Part shown: piece by piece, positions 38,501 to 47,774 of the stretch
How the letters are laid out: the number at the start of each line of letters is the position of its first letter
Numbering within the stretch: the first letter of the stretch is position 1
Assembly (NCBI GenBank): GCA_030753015.1
Contig: JASMDC010000011.1
Span: 1-64,000 of the forward strand
Source: Candidatus Undinarchaeales archaeon
Lineage (GTDB): Archaea; SpSt-1190; JASMDC01
Length of the DNA stretch: 64,000 nt
Reading direction: 5' to 3'
Program-made: the position numbers and the translations under genes
The notes under the pieces: model-generated
What the model saw: the letters and a program-made list of their open reading frames with translations, nothing else
Database searches by the model: none
Told to the model about the DNA's origin: nothing

Positions 38501-39708
38501 GCTACCTCCTCGTCCGCGGTCCCGGCCTGCTCCACTCAGGTTCCGACGAGGGGCTATTCCTCATGCACATCGATCTGGTCGGTGACCGGCTCTCGGCCAG
38601 GACCATCGGTCCGGCCGACGGCGCTACGGCCATGGCCCTCCAGCACCACCGGCTCCTCGTGCACTATGATTCAGGCGAGAGCGCACCCTTCCAGCGCATC
38701 CATCTCGTGAACGGATCCTACCTCCTGGAGCATACCGACCACCACTTCGGTAACCTCACATCGGTGACGGCTGACGGCGACCGTTTCGTGCTGTGCGGCC
38801 CGGACGCTCTCACCATCATGCGGACCGGTGCCTCGGAGGGCGTGGGACATCTCCTGCTCGACAACGGGACCGCTGCATGTTCGGGATACGACTGGATGGT
38901 CTCCGTCGTACATGTCGGAGGAAGGCAGGTCCACGTCCACAACGATACCTATCACCTGCCTCTGTGGTCCTCACCAGAGCTTGATGACGAGCCCACATCG
39001 GTGCTCCTCCATGACGGCCGTGTATACGCCGGTACGCCCCGAGGACGTCTGATGGCCTGGAACCTCACACGAGATCTGGGGGAGCGGACGCTGCCGGGGC
39101 ACACTGGCCCCCTCCAGGTGCTCGCGGCCGATGACAGGTACATCTACTCTGGCGGTGCGGACGGTGTGATAAAGGTCCGGGAGGCGGAGATCCTGTTCGG
39201 TCGCTTCACGCTCCGCGGCCACACTTCGCCGGTGCTGGGGATCGTCCCCCTCGACGACCGTGTCCTGTCCTTCGACAACGGTACTGTGCGCCTGTGGAAG
39301 CGTCCCTATCGTCCAGAACCGGTGGTCGTGACACCGACGATCCGGCCTAACGTGACAGTGGCCCCGAACGTCACACTCGTTCCGAACGTGACGCTCCAAC
39401 CCTCCCCCACCAAACCCTCTGGCAACCTGTTCAAGATGGTGTACGGCTCGTGCGGGGACGACGTGTGCGATACCGACGAGGACTCCGGGAACTGCTGTCG
39501 TGACTGCGGGTGCCCGCCGGGCCAGACGTGTACCGACGATGGATGCATCATCGAGGACCGTTCGATATCGGTGGTCCCGAGCGAAGAGCCGAAGGTCGTG
39601 CTCGAGGAGCCGGACGACCCCATGGACTACGATGCGACCGATGTTGTGAAGATAGTCCTCGTGCTGGGTATCGGAGCTTCCGCCCTTGCGGCCTCGAAGC
39701 GGCCCTAA
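35509..39708 (+). CDS. Secreted/anchored LamG + PQQ-type beta-propeller + Cys-rich + WD40 protein
   Basis: Signal peptide; LamG WTFDEG..WSHIAASWD..FHGAIDDVRIY; repeated SSPAV..VYVGS.D; GHT..V WD40 motifs; C-terminal TM. Confidence 0.88.
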   Translation: MRGGRLVRRVLVVLLINVLIAILAHGAVDDGLIAHWTFDEGRGSTVNDHSEYGNHGTVDRATWTAGVSGDALSFNGESSSVRVLDSDSLDVTVGLTIAAWINAVAFFGEGDHNGNPIVTKWETTRNGVPIGQYHLSLYEGGNIIFRVAGDTELDELVAEQVVDVGGWSHIAASWDGRIMRLYVNGSVVAEKSSKVATIQNREYGGDDLKIGQDTGGWDPPGWYFHGAIDDVRIYGRALTADEVTDLHTIVERDAGMGPTMPSSLYDGLPPNGPLDLSTFVVHFGDDPTHPCTSWDNEVSPSRITLKCDHASAWWSAVALREVDVSDYSRMRLTGTITSSPAIERDYHSVLVVLPGRVTCEDGDRYSLCSLDGEPLQGVTDGVGWGRWDEAAIAYCNVRTNEADRECELDADVSGLDTVTIVYLFSDGWIIWSDLHGTLSDATIELVPEALDDKGSDWPMIQRNPARTGYTDDEVRPPLKLAWRYKTNEVVRSSPAVVNGTVYVGSFDNHVHAIDATTGESIWKYRTKDTIYSSPALSDGSLYIGSHDGYLYSLDAATGELNWKYQMGYFFNWDKVPGDDEGRFRDYFSGNRVVDWADRAKITKADDKMSITVTSDGDSITIYLNKERSEATITRKQPTGLSMWNFPVSVVNNETIVYYPNVAVTSSPVVYDDTVYINSVDYLYALDAGTGGLRWRYDSDHVLDEYPAIHDGLVFIPTTDGHVHAIDADTGVGMWKKRLGNSSITSVSVIRGIVYAGSKDHFIYALDAANGNQLWKFETGGKIHSAPAIDDERVFIGSDDGFVHALDASTGEERARYWIGIWVYSAPAVSGGTVYISSLDNSIYAVDIETEEQTWRYETGGRISSSPAVSNGMIYVGSDDEYLYAFRGCRPSEGCCSDADCEQDMTCTSRECLPRDCGELETCGNECVNPTAGRCCKDAWYPGAECCANDDCDAGTICVSGTCSRMSTFTPSTDSPWLLDVLDLGPFEIIDGAAEWTDGYLLVRGPGLLHSGSDEGLFLMHIDLVGDRLSARTIGPADGATAMALQHHRLLVHYDSGESAPFQRIHLVNGSYLLEHTDHHFGNLTSVTADGDRFVLCGPDALTIMRTGASEGVGHLLLDNGTAACSGYDWMVSVVHVGGRQVHVHNDTYHLPLWSSPELDDEPTSVLLHDGRVYAGTPRGRLMAWNLTRDLGERTLPGHTGPLQVLAADDRYIYSGGADGVIKVREAEILFGRFTLRGHTSPVLGIVPLDDRVLSFDNGTVRLWKRPYRPEPVVVTPTIRPNVTVAPNVTLVPNVTLQPSPTKPSGNLFKMVYGSCGDDVCDTDEDSGNCCRDCGCPPGQTCTDDGCIIEDRSISVVPSEEPKVVLEEPDDPMDYDATDVVKIVLVLGIGASALAASKRP

Positions 39709-39711
39709 CCA

Positions 39712-40170
39712 CTACACGAAGTCCAGATCGACCCATACACCGTGCTTTCGCAGGAGCTGGGCTGCCACGTCGGAGGCCAGGTCCGACACCTTGTCGAGGC
39801 CCTCTCGCACGTCCACCGGGAGGTCCTTGTCCTTGGACATGATCGGATCGAACACGGCATTGATCATCTCGAACACGCCAGAGGCCCGGATGAGATAGTC
39901 CTTCTCCTTATCGGTTCCGGCCGACTCTCCCGCCTGGGCGAGGTAGAGGAAGCCCGTGGCGTTGAGCGCCAGCACGGTGCTGAACAGCGTGTAGGAGCCG
40001 TCCAGATCGAGCGTATCGTACACCTGCATCCGCGCCCGCTTGATGAGAGAGAGCAGGTGCTCTTTCGCCGTCGCGTAGTCCTCATCCTCGGAGAGGATGA
40101 CGACCGCCTTCTCCAGCTCCCCCATCATCCGGTGGAGCTTCTCAGCGTCAAGTGAGTCAAGTTCGCTCAT
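39712..40170 (-). CDS. Hypothetical helical protein
   Basis: GGTGA SD before ATG 40170; coding-like composition. Confidence 0.65.
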   Translation of the reverse strand: MSELDSLDAEKLHRMMGELEKAVVILSEDEDYATAKEHLLSLIKRARMQVYDTLDLDGSYTLFSTVLALNATGFLYLAQAGESAGTDKEKDYLIRASGVFEMINAVFDPIMSKDKDLPVDVREGLDKVSDLASDVAAQLLRKHGVWVDLDFV

Positions 40171-40184
40171 TATGATCACCTTGC

Positions 40185-40754
40185 TCAGAAGTCGGACGAT
40201 GTCAGCATGGCCATGAGTGACTGGGACAGCCCCTGCCGCTCCTCCTTGCACATGTCACCCGAGCTCGTGAGCCTGCCCTGGTAGAGCTTGAACTGATCGA
40301 TCCGGTCCTTGGCCTGGAGGAAGAACATGAGGCTGATGGACGTCTGGGAGAGGTCCTGGAGGGACGCGCCCAGCTCGTGGAGCATCTTGATGTCATTGGG
40401 ATTGGCCTGGAACCGCTGGGTGAGCGTCCGCACGACACCGTGGAGGCGCTTGAGCTCGGTCTTCCACTCCTCCACGTTGTTCTCCGCTTTCATGTAGGCC
40501 TCGGCGTCGCCAACGAAGAAGTCCTCGACGACAGCTGCCTCGTCGGTGGTGAGGGCCTGGTCCTGGTTGAGCTTGGTGATAACGGTCTGCATTTGCTGCT
40601 GCTGAGCGGCCTGAACGAACTCGCGGACATCACCGAGGGCCTCGTCCGCGGCCACCCGTACGTTGCCGAGCTTGACGCTGTCGCCCGCCATGACGGCGTT
40701 GGGAAGTTCTTTGATGATGCTGGCAAGCTTGGGTTCGAGGTTCATGTCGGACAT
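40185..40754 (-). CDS. Hypothetical helical protein
   Basis: Coding-like composition; divergent from hutI; start approximate. Confidence 0.65.
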   Translation of the reverse strand: MSDMNLEPKLASIIKELPNAVMAGDSVKLGNVRVAADEALGDVREFVQAAQQQQMQTVITKLNQDQALTTDEAAVVEDFFVGDAEAYMKAENNVEEWKTELKRLHGVVRTLTQRFQANPNDIKMLHELGASLQDLSQTSISLMFFLQAKDRIDQFKLYQGRLTSSGDMCKEERQGLSQSLMAMLTSSDF

Positions 40755-40809
40755 GCCCTCTTTATCACCCATCAGATTAATGAAGATTTACCCGCCCGTG
40801 GCCCACGCC

Positions 40810-42063
40810 ATGGCACGGATCGCCGCCGACCTCATCATCACCAACGCAGCGGAGCTGCTGATCGTCCCTGATGGGGGATGCCCCCGCACGGGTCCCGCGC
40901 AGGGGCACCTGGGCATCGTGCGCGACGGCGCCGTTGCGGTAGCGGACGGTCGCATCATCGGTATCGGAAGGACCCGGGACGTGCTCGGTGCCTTTTCAGG
41001 GGAGAAGCTCGATGCCAGCGGACGCGTGGTGATGCCCGGGTTCGTGGACCCGCACACGCACCTGGTGTTCGGTGGATCGCGCGAGCACGAGTACGTGATG
41101 AAGCTCGAGGGCAAGAGCTACATGGAGATCATGGAGGCCGGAGGCGGCATCTTCTCCACCGTGCGCGCGACCCGTGCTGCTTCCGAGGACGAGCTGGTCG
41201 CGCAGGCGCGCAGACGGCTCGACCGCATGCTCACCTGGGGGACGACCACCGTCGAGGCCAAGAGCGGGTACGGGCTCACCGTGGAGGACGAGCTCAAGTG
41301 CCTTCGTGCTGCCCTCAGGCTCGGGAGGGAGCATCCCGCGGACGTGGTGTCCACCTTCCTGGGGGCCCATGCGGTGCCCGAGGGGATGGATCCCGATGCC
41401 TACATCGACCTTCTTGTGCACGAGGCGGTCCCGAAGGTCGCCACCGAGGGCCTGGCCGAGTTCTGCGACGTGTTCTGTGAGAAGGGCGTGTTCTCCGTGG
41501 ACCAGTCCCGGCGACTGCTGAGCGCAGCGGCCGAAGCGGGTCTCGCGCCAAAGCTCCACGCCGACGAGCTCTCACAGCGGGGCGGTTCGGAGCTCGCAGC
41601 AGAGGTGGGTGCCGTGTCGGCCGACCACCTCCTCATGGCCTCGGACGCAGGGATACAGGCCATGGCGCGCGAAGATGTCATGGGCGTGCTCCTTCCGGGG
41701 ACGCCGTTCGTGCTGAGGAGCGACTACCCGCGGGCCAGGTACATGGTCGAGCAGGGACTTCCGCTGGCGCTCGCGACGGACCTCAATCCCAACTGCCTGA
41801 CCGAGGGCATGCCGCTCATGGTGGCACTGGCGTGCGTCCAGATGCGCATGCTGCCTGCCGAGGCCATCGTCGCCGCCACCCTCAACGCCGCGTACGCCAT
41901 CAACCGGGCCGACGAGGTCGGGAGCCTCGACATCGGGAAGAAGGCTGACATTATTATCCTCGATGCCCCGAACCACATCCATCTCCCCTACCACTTCGGG
42001 GTCAACCTTGTGGACACGGTCATCAAGGAGGGTGTGGTCGTCCGCGAGGGGCAGACCGGGTAA
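40810..42063 (+). CDS. hutI: Imidazolonepropionase
   Basis: PGFVDPHTHLVFGGSR..E, GGGIFSTV, EAKSGYGL, TFLGAH, DVFCEKG, KLHADE, SADHL, ATDLNP. Confidence 0.96.
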   Translation: MARIAADLIITNAAELLIVPDGGCPRTGPAQGHLGIVRDGAVAVADGRIIGIGRTRDVLGAFSGEKLDASGRVVMPGFVDPHTHLVFGGSREHEYVMKLEGKSYMEIMEAGGGIFSTVRATRAASEDELVAQARRRLDRMLTWGTTTVEAKSGYGLTVEDELKCLRAALRLGREHPADVVSTFLGAHAVPEGMDPDAYIDLLVHEAVPKVATEGLAEFCDVFCEKGVFSVDQSRRLLSAAAEAGLAPKLHADELSQRGGSELAAEVGAVSADHLLMASDAGIQAMAREDVMGVLLPGTPFVLRSDYPRARYMVEQGLPLALATDLNPNCLTEGMPLMVALACVQMRMLPAEAIVAATLNAAYAINRADEVGSLDIGKKADIIILDAPNHIHLPYHFGVNLVDTVIKEGVVVREGQTG

Positions 42064-42097
42064 CCTAACCGTGGTCCTGTAGCGAAGTGATATGATT

Positions 42098-42115
42098 TTG
42101 TATCAATTGATACAA
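42098..42115. promoter_or_regulatory. Perfect 18-bp palindrome TTGTATCAATTGATACAA, candidate operator
   Basis: Exact inverted repeat in an AT-rich intergenic region upstream of a TATA (AACCTTTATAT). Confidence 0.65.
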
Positions 42116-42204
42116 TTATGTGACGGTTGTGGGATTAAACGTGACCCTTGGGAACCTTTATATGGGAGCTCATCGGCCCGTTGCCTCCATCGGGAGGACA
42201 TGAC

Positions 42205-43032
42205 GTGCCGTACCTGGAGGTCGCATTGAATCCGGGAGATATCATATCGGACCTCTACACGGACCCCCGGATCACAAATGCGGGTGATACCTTCCCAGAG
42301 ACCACTCAGTACTCACTTAAGGCCGCCATCTCCCCTGAACCGTACCAGAGCGGTGAGAGGCCCATCTCCTACGGTCTGACGGACGTGTACAGGATCGACG
42401 AGTACGGGACGTGCGATGTTCCGGACATGGACAGGTCCGTTTTCCAGGTAGAGGTCTGCCGACGGGTGACACGAGGTGACGACGGGCAGCCCGTGGTGCA
42501 TGAGGAAGACGCGTACGCGGTCCTCTATCTCAACAGCCCGGACGGGACGAAGGCGTCCGCCGTGCGGTCGGTCGTCGTTGGATCTCCTGGCTACCGCGAT
42601 TACAAGGTCTCGCATCTCGACGGTGAGCTACCTAAAGGGTATACGGAAGGGAACATGAAGGATGTCCTGACCGAGATGGATGTCGTCATCGACGACCGGG
42701 TCGACGGGTTCCTCAGCGATGTGCTGCCAGGGTACGCTTCCGCCGGGCTCGCGTGTGCGTGGGGCCGCCAAGCGACGACCGTCCTCGAATCCATCGCCTA
42801 CCAGGTGGGCCCAGAAAGCGATCCTGACGCGCCGATCATCATCGAGAACTACCATGCCAAGCTCGATGTTGACGGTACCGATGATCCGTACTTCAACGTC
42901 GCCTTTAGAGTGCGGGAGGACGCGATCACCTCGGACTTCGGATCGGGTGAATGGTATGCCCGACGACACGAGAAGATGAAGCCGGTCATCGGATGTGGGC
43001 CTGGCGACGCAACGCTCCTCCTCGAAGGGTAG
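42205..43032 (+). CDS. Hypothetical protein, probable distant member of the 'MLYEIG' family
   Basis: GTG after GGAGG SD; motifs GDIISDLY, RQATTVLE, VAFRV, KPVIG echo the 19497/21288 proteins. Confidence 0.6.
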   Translation: MPYLEVALNPGDIISDLYTDPRITNAGDTFPETTQYSLKAAISPEPYQSGERPISYGLTDVYRIDEYGTCDVPDMDRSVFQVEVCRRVTRGDDGQPVVHEEDAYAVLYLNSPDGTKASAVRSVVVGSPGYRDYKVSHLDGELPKGYTEGNMKDVLTEMDVVIDDRVDGFLSDVLPGYASAGLACAWGRQATTVLESIAYQVGPESDPDAPIIIENYHAKLDVDGTDDPYFNVAFRVREDAITSDFGSGEWYARRHEKMKPVIGCGPGDATLLLEG

Positions 43033-43153
43033 ATGCTGAACATTCCAAACAATACCGTATAAATGATCCGGGTCACGTGAGGACAATCCGGATTCCGATT
43101 CCGCTCGTCGTAGGAACAACCTTTATTAACCCTGCCACGGTCTGACACGTTTC

Positions 43154-43885
43154 ATGGACGCTCTTGACCTCGAATCGGAAGGATATGCTGCTACCGAGTC
43201 GGCCGATGGTTACCGACAGACCAACGACCTCTCATCCTACAGTGTCGCTAGCGGTGTCGCCATGGCGGGCCTCATCATCGGGCTCGGCGTGCTCGCAGAA
43301 GAAGCGGAAGCGCGCGACTGGCGCAATTACGACGTTGGCCAGGACGACAACGGGAACCTCCCCAACCAGCCTCAAGAGCCGCATTACCAGCCTCAGCCCG
43401 AGACCAATCATGTTCAAGAGCACGTCCACCAGCAGCCGAACATCAACTACACTCAGGACTCTGACGGCGACGGTCTATCCGACTACAGGGAGGTCCACAC
43501 TTATGGTACCAATCCCCGCATGTTCGACACCGATCGTGACGGTATCAACGACGGGAGCGAGGTCAACTTCTACAGGAGCAATCCGCTCTCGAACGACACG
43601 GACGGCGACGGCCTCTGGGACGGGAAGGAGGTCTACCATGGGACGAACCTCACGGACTGGGACACGGACAACGATGGATGGTCCGATGGTGACGAGGTGC
43701 GCTACGGCACCAATCCACGCAACTCCCGATCGCAACCCCGTGGAAACAACAGACCCCACTGGCGGGACCGCAATCGCGGCTGGCGCGATCACAACGGACG
43801 ATACCGCCAACCGCACTATCCGCATCACAACGGCGGGGGACGGCTCATAATCAGGCTACCGCGGCTGAACTTCACCATCAGATGA
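43154..43885 (+). CDS. Secreted TSP3-like (DxDGDG) Ca-binding repeat protein with conserved acidic leader
   Basis: Leader + h-region + AEA cleavage-like site; four D.DGDG..D..EV..GTNP repeats; Arg/His-rich tail. Confidence 0.8.
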   Translation: MDALDLESEGYAATESADGYRQTNDLSSYSVASGVAMAGLIIGLGVLAEEAEARDWRNYDVGQDDNGNLPNQPQEPHYQPQPETNHVQEHVHQQPNINYTQDSDGDGLSDYREVHTYGTNPRMFDTDRDGINDGSEVNFYRSNPLSNDTDGDGLWDGKEVYHGTNLTDWDTDNDGWSDGDEVRYGTNPRNSRSQPRGNNRPHWRDRNRGWRDHNGRYRQPHYPHHNGGGRLIIRLPRLNFTIR

Positions 43886-43954
43886 GCTGATTTTCACTCA
43901 GCGGTGACAACAAAAGGAAAACTTTATTAACAGACCGGGGGCCGGAAATCCCTC

Positions 43955-44617
43955 ATGTATGGTCTTGACCTAGAAACCGATGGTATCGCGACCGCCGAGA
44001 AAACGGACGCCTACCATAAGACTGACGATCTCTCATCCTACGGTATGGCCGGCACGGCTATCGCTGCCGGTGCCATCGTGGGCGTGTTCGCTCTTGCAGA
44101 GACGGCCGAGGCCCAGGAGGGCTGGCGTGACAAGAGCGGCTCGTCCAACGGCAGCTGGCGTAACTACGATGTCAACGGTGGCGGTAACAACTACCAGGGC
44201 GGTAGTGATGTAGGCAGTAATGTCGGCAGTGGTATCGACACCGACGGTGACGGTCTGAGCGACCATGCTGAGCTCAACACCTACGGTACTAATCCGCGCC
44301 TCATCGACACCGACCGTGACGGGATCAATGACGGGACAGAAGTGAAATTCTACGGTAGCAACCCACGGGACATCGATACCGATTGGGACGGTCTCGCAGA
44401 TGGTAAGGAGGTCTACCACGGTACGAACCTCAAACACTGGGACTCGGACGGTGATGGCTGGTCCGATGGCGACGAGGTGCACCGCGGCACCAACCCACGC
44501 AATTTCAGGTCGCACCCCGGCCCGCGATACCACCACCGCTGGAACGGCCACCGTGGTCATCACAGTGGTGTGCGGATCCGTATCGGCCTGCCCCAGCTCA
44601 ACATTTCCATCAGGTAG
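43955..44617 (+). CDS. Paralogous TSP3-like repeat protein with conserved acidic leader
   Basis: Tandem paralog of 43154..43885 with the same architecture. Confidence 0.8.
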   Translation: MYGLDLETDGIATAEKTDAYHKTDDLSSYGMAGTAIAAGAIVGVFALAETAEAQEGWRDKSGSSNGSWRNYDVNGGGNNYQGGSDVGSNVGSGIDTDGDGLSDHAELNTYGTNPRLIDTDRDGINDGTEVKFYGSNPRDIDTDWDGLADGKEVYHGTNLKHWDSDGDGWSDGDEVHRGTNPRNFRSHPGPRYHHRWNGHRGHHSGVRIRIGLPQLNISIR

Positions 44618-44650
44618 TGTAGCGCTCCCGAGTTCGACGGGAACTCTTTG

Positions 44651-44938
44651 CTAGAGCGTCAGCGCCACGTCGAACCGTGAATAATCGCCAGTGGCCTCTT
44701 CCCAGGTGGTATGCACATCGTCCACCTTGGAGAGGCGCGGCCCCTGGTGTGCCCAGGAGATGAGGCGTTCGATCGCTCCACGGGGGCCTTCTACGATGAT
44801 CTCAACGTCGCCGGTGCGTAGGTTGCGGACCAGGCCCGTGAGGCCGAGGTCGTCGGCGACATCGCATGCTGTGACCCGGAAGAAGACTCCCTGGACGAGG
44901 CCTGATACGATCACGTGGGCGCGCACGCATTCATCCAT
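44651..44938 (-). CDS. acyP: Acylphosphatase
   Basis: VSGLVQGVFFR, GLVRN..GDVE, QGP. Confidence 0.93.
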   Translation of the reverse strand: MDECVRAHVIVSGLVQGVFFRVTACDVADDLGLTGLVRNLRTGDVEIIVEGPRGAIERLISWAHQGPRLSKVDDVHTTWEEATGDYSRFDVALTL

Positions 44939-44949
44939 GCGTTCACCTC

Positions 44950-45456
44950 CTAGACGGGGTGTGAGGGGTATATCGAGAACTCGCAGGCAGATTCTCCTCG
45001 CGCAGCACAGCGTCGCTCCAGGCACAGGAAGCGCTCGTGGTAGTGCCCTTCGAACACTCCTGCGAAGAGCCCGCGCAGGTAGTCGCAGACGGGTCGTTGT
45101 GACTCTCCTGCGTGCTCCAGGAACGATACGGCGAAGAACGAGTCCTCGACCCTGAGGATGCCCCCCTTGTGGCCTGTGTCCAGTGATACCACTGTCAGGG
45201 TACCGACGTTCGTCTCTGAGAGAAAGGAGCCTGCCTCGTCGAGGGACGCCTCGAGACCTTCGGTCACCAGTCTCAGGCCCATCTCCCTACCGGCGTCGAA
45301 GGCGATGGGGGACGAACCGCGACCCGCCATGCGCTGGAACATCCGCTCGATGCGAGCGATGAAGTCACCGGTAAGGACGGCGGAACGGATGCCCCGCACC
45401 CGGATGTTCCCGGGGGCGATGACTGTGTCGTTGTCGTCGGCCATGATGTGTCCCAT
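44950..45456 (-). CDS. V4R (4-vinyl reductase) domain protein
   Basis: PVCDYLRGLFAG..ERRCAARGESACEF; start uncertain (45444-45492). Confidence 0.85.
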   Translation of the reverse strand: MGHIMADDNDTVIAPGNIRVRGIRSAVLTGDFIARIERMFQRMAGRGSSPIAFDAGREMGLRLVTEGLEASLDEAGSFLSETNVGTLTVVSLDTGHKGGILRVEDSFFAVSFLEHAGESQRPVCDYLRGLFAGVFEGHYHERFLCLERRCAARGESACEFSIYPSHPV

Positions 45457-45529
45457 ATCGGCGGCAGTTCCGTCCGTCCGATAGTGCGACATCCTCTTTT
45501 ATTAACGTTTTGTCGCGGCAACGACGAGC

Positions 45530-46459
45530 CTACGGACGCAGTCCGCAGCAGAGAGCAAGGAACAGCCCGGCGGCGGTTATGTCGGCGGTCGTGCCGGGAT
45601 TGCGGCGGTTCCCGTCCCTGCGGAGTTCGTCATCGAGCGACCGGACCGCATGCCACCAGTCAACGGAGAGCGGTTCGAGCCCGGTCACGATCGACCTGGC
45701 GGCGAGCATGACCTCCCGGGCCACCTCGTCACCGCCCTTGCGCCGGATCAGCGAGTCGGGGCGCTCGGCGAGCAGCTCCATGTAGGCGAGCACCACAGCC
45801 TCAGGCTCCAACCTCTCGCGCTCGAGGAGGAGAGAGCAGCAACGGCGGGACCGGGGAAAGCCCTCAACGAGCTCACGGGCCACGTCGTCCCGCGACACGG
45901 CCTCGCCGAAGGCGATGAGCGGAGTTACACCCTGGGATACCACCTGCTCGGCAGCGTCTGATGCCGTGGCGTCCCAACGCTCCGTCCGGCCGAGCCCACC
46001 GGGACTGGCCGCAGCGATGGCGCGGTAGATCGCGCCAGTGTCCTCCGATGTCGCCTCGCGCATGAGCTCACCGGTGGCGCTGATGAGCCCCTCGAGGGTA
46101 CGGTCGTCAAGTGCGAGCGTGCGCACTGCGCCCGCTGCCAGGGGGACGATGAGGAATATGGTGCCAAGGAGGGTGTTCCCCCCATGGTGCCACCGCCCGC
46201 CCTGGAGCACGGCCTCCTCCATCGCGAGCCCGAGACCGGCAGCGGAGGGCTCTCCGGTGGCACGGGACGCCAGCCTGTGGAGCGGTCCATGGAGCGCTGA
46301 TGCAGAGGCCAGGAAGTGTGCGTGCGTGATGTCGGGGAAAGAGGCGACCGGCGACACGTTCCCCGGCTTGGGATGGGCACTGACCTCGATGGCAGGCGCC
46401 AGCAGGGCCGCAGTGATTGCATCGTCCGGTCCCTCGAGGATGAGGTCGGTCATCGTCAC
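45530..46459 (-). CDS. citG: Triphosphoribosyl-dephospho-CoA synthase (CitG family)
   Basis: EVSAHPKPGNV, NTLLG, PDSLIRRKGG, NPGTTADI. Confidence 0.9.
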   Translation of the reverse strand: MTMTDLILEGPDDAITAALLAPAIEVSAHPKPGNVSPVASFPDITHAHFLASASALHGPLHRLASRATGEPSAAGLGLAMEEAVLQGGRWHHGGNTLLGTIFLIVPLAAGAVRTLALDDRTLEGLISATGELMREATSEDTGAIYRAIAAASPGGLGRTERWDATASDAAEQVVSQGVTPLIAFGEAVSRDDVARELVEGFPRSRRCCSLLLERERLEPEAVVLAYMELLAERPDSLIRRKGGDEVAREVMLAARSIVTGLEPLSVDWWHAVRSLDDELRRDGNRRNPGTTADITAAGLFLALCCGLRP

Positions 46460-46568
46460 GGCCAGGGTAGGTGGGCCGGGGCTTAAAAAGATTGCGAGGA
46501 CGGAGTAGAGGCAACAGGAAAGTATAAAAACAGACGAACGGGCCGTCGACCACTAGAAGGCTCACGCT

Positions 46569-47441
46569 ATGCTTCGAGACTATCCAGTCGAATCTGTGAG
46601 CAGCGCTCCGGGGACCGGGCGCCTGCTCTACGACCACCTCATGAAGCATATCCACGTCCCTGCCACCGCCAACCACGACATCTGGTATGCTGGTGAGGAG
46701 GCGAAACTGGCGGACCCTGATACATACTCCTTCCGCGGAGGGACACCCTATGGTGAAACCCTTGAGCTCAGGACCCTGGCGGGACAGGACCTCGAGGAGG
46801 GCGATAACGTCGTCGCCACCGACCATGGTACCTTCCTCTATACATTCCCGACCAAAGAGGACTACACAGCCTCCGACGAGAATGAGGTACCCGTGTACGC
46901 CAGTGACCTCTCGACCGCTGCCCGCAAGGGGCTGAGCATCCCCGACACGGCCCGCGAGGAGGACAAGGTCTTCAATCCCAACTTCCGACCGTACGAGGAG
47001 CTTGACCCGTTCACCAAGTACAGCAACGAACTGGCGTCCCTCTCGCTCCCCAAGTCCCTCTCCAGCTGGTGGGCCGGCCTTCAGGGCAAGGTCAACTACT
47101 CCGAGGCCGATGTGCTCTCGTACCTCGACGCGTGCTTCGACAACCTGAGCGGCCCGGAGATGACCCACCTCATGCATGGGAACAACATGGCATGGTCGGC
47201 CCTGGCCTACATCCGCGAGCGCGGTGCCATCGAGGGCGACCTGATGAAGGAGTTCCACGCCCAGAACCCGACGGACTTCTACATCAAGGACCTGGGCACC
47301 CTTCTCCCTGCCATGTTCTACTCCCTGGCCATGCTAGGCAAGGATCCGGTGGAGTACTACGAGCGACTGGACATCGAGATATGGGGCGCCAAGGAAGCGG
47401 CCGAGCACATGCAGGGGCTCATTCGGAAGCCAGTGGAGTAG
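46569..47441 (+). CDS. Hypothetical protein with possible RyR-repeat-like motifs
   Basis: ATANHDIW ... NPNFRPYEELDPFTK..N; strong coding bias. Confidence 0.65.
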   Translation: MLRDYPVESVSSAPGTGRLLYDHLMKHIHVPATANHDIWYAGEEAKLADPDTYSFRGGTPYGETLELRTLAGQDLEEGDNVVATDHGTFLYTFPTKEDYTASDENEVPVYASDLSTAARKGLSIPDTAREEDKVFNPNFRPYEELDPFTKYSNELASLSLPKSLSSWWAGLQGKVNYSEADVLSYLDACFDNLSGPEMTHLMHGNNMAWSALAYIRERGAIEGDLMKEFHAQNPTDFYIKDLGTLLPAMFYSLAMLGKDPVEYYERLDIEIWGAKEAAEHMQGLIRKPVE

Positions 47442-47446
47442 GACGG

Positions 47447-47752
47447 TCAGTCCGCTTCGGCCGGTCCCTTGACATCAACGACCCGCACGATCTGTACCTT
47501 GACCTTGGTGAGCAGTGCGGCCAGGGCGCCCAGGATTATTATATGGGGCGCGAAGATCGTCAATGCGCCGCCCATCGCCACCCCGCCGGTAAGTGGTACT
47601 TCGAGAAGCACGTCGTCAGAGGATCGTCGCACGATGAGCCGGCGCACGTTCCCCTTGTGCACGATGTCCTTGACACGGTCCACCAGCTCCCCGGCATCGA
47701 GCTCATACTCCTCGATGCGCTCCTTCTTCCGAGCATCAACTTTCTTCGTCAT
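47447..47752 (-). CDS. DUF4342 family protein
   Basis: ELVDRVKDIVHKGNVRRLIV..LEVPLT.G + hydrophobic segment. Confidence 0.85.
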   Translation of the reverse strand: MTKKVDARKKERIEEYELDAGELVDRVKDIVHKGNVRRLIVRRSSDDVLLEVPLTGGVAMGGALTIFAPHIIILGALAALLTKVKVQIVRVVDVKGPAEAD

Positions 47753-47774
47753 TTCGGCACACCTGTCCTGTACG

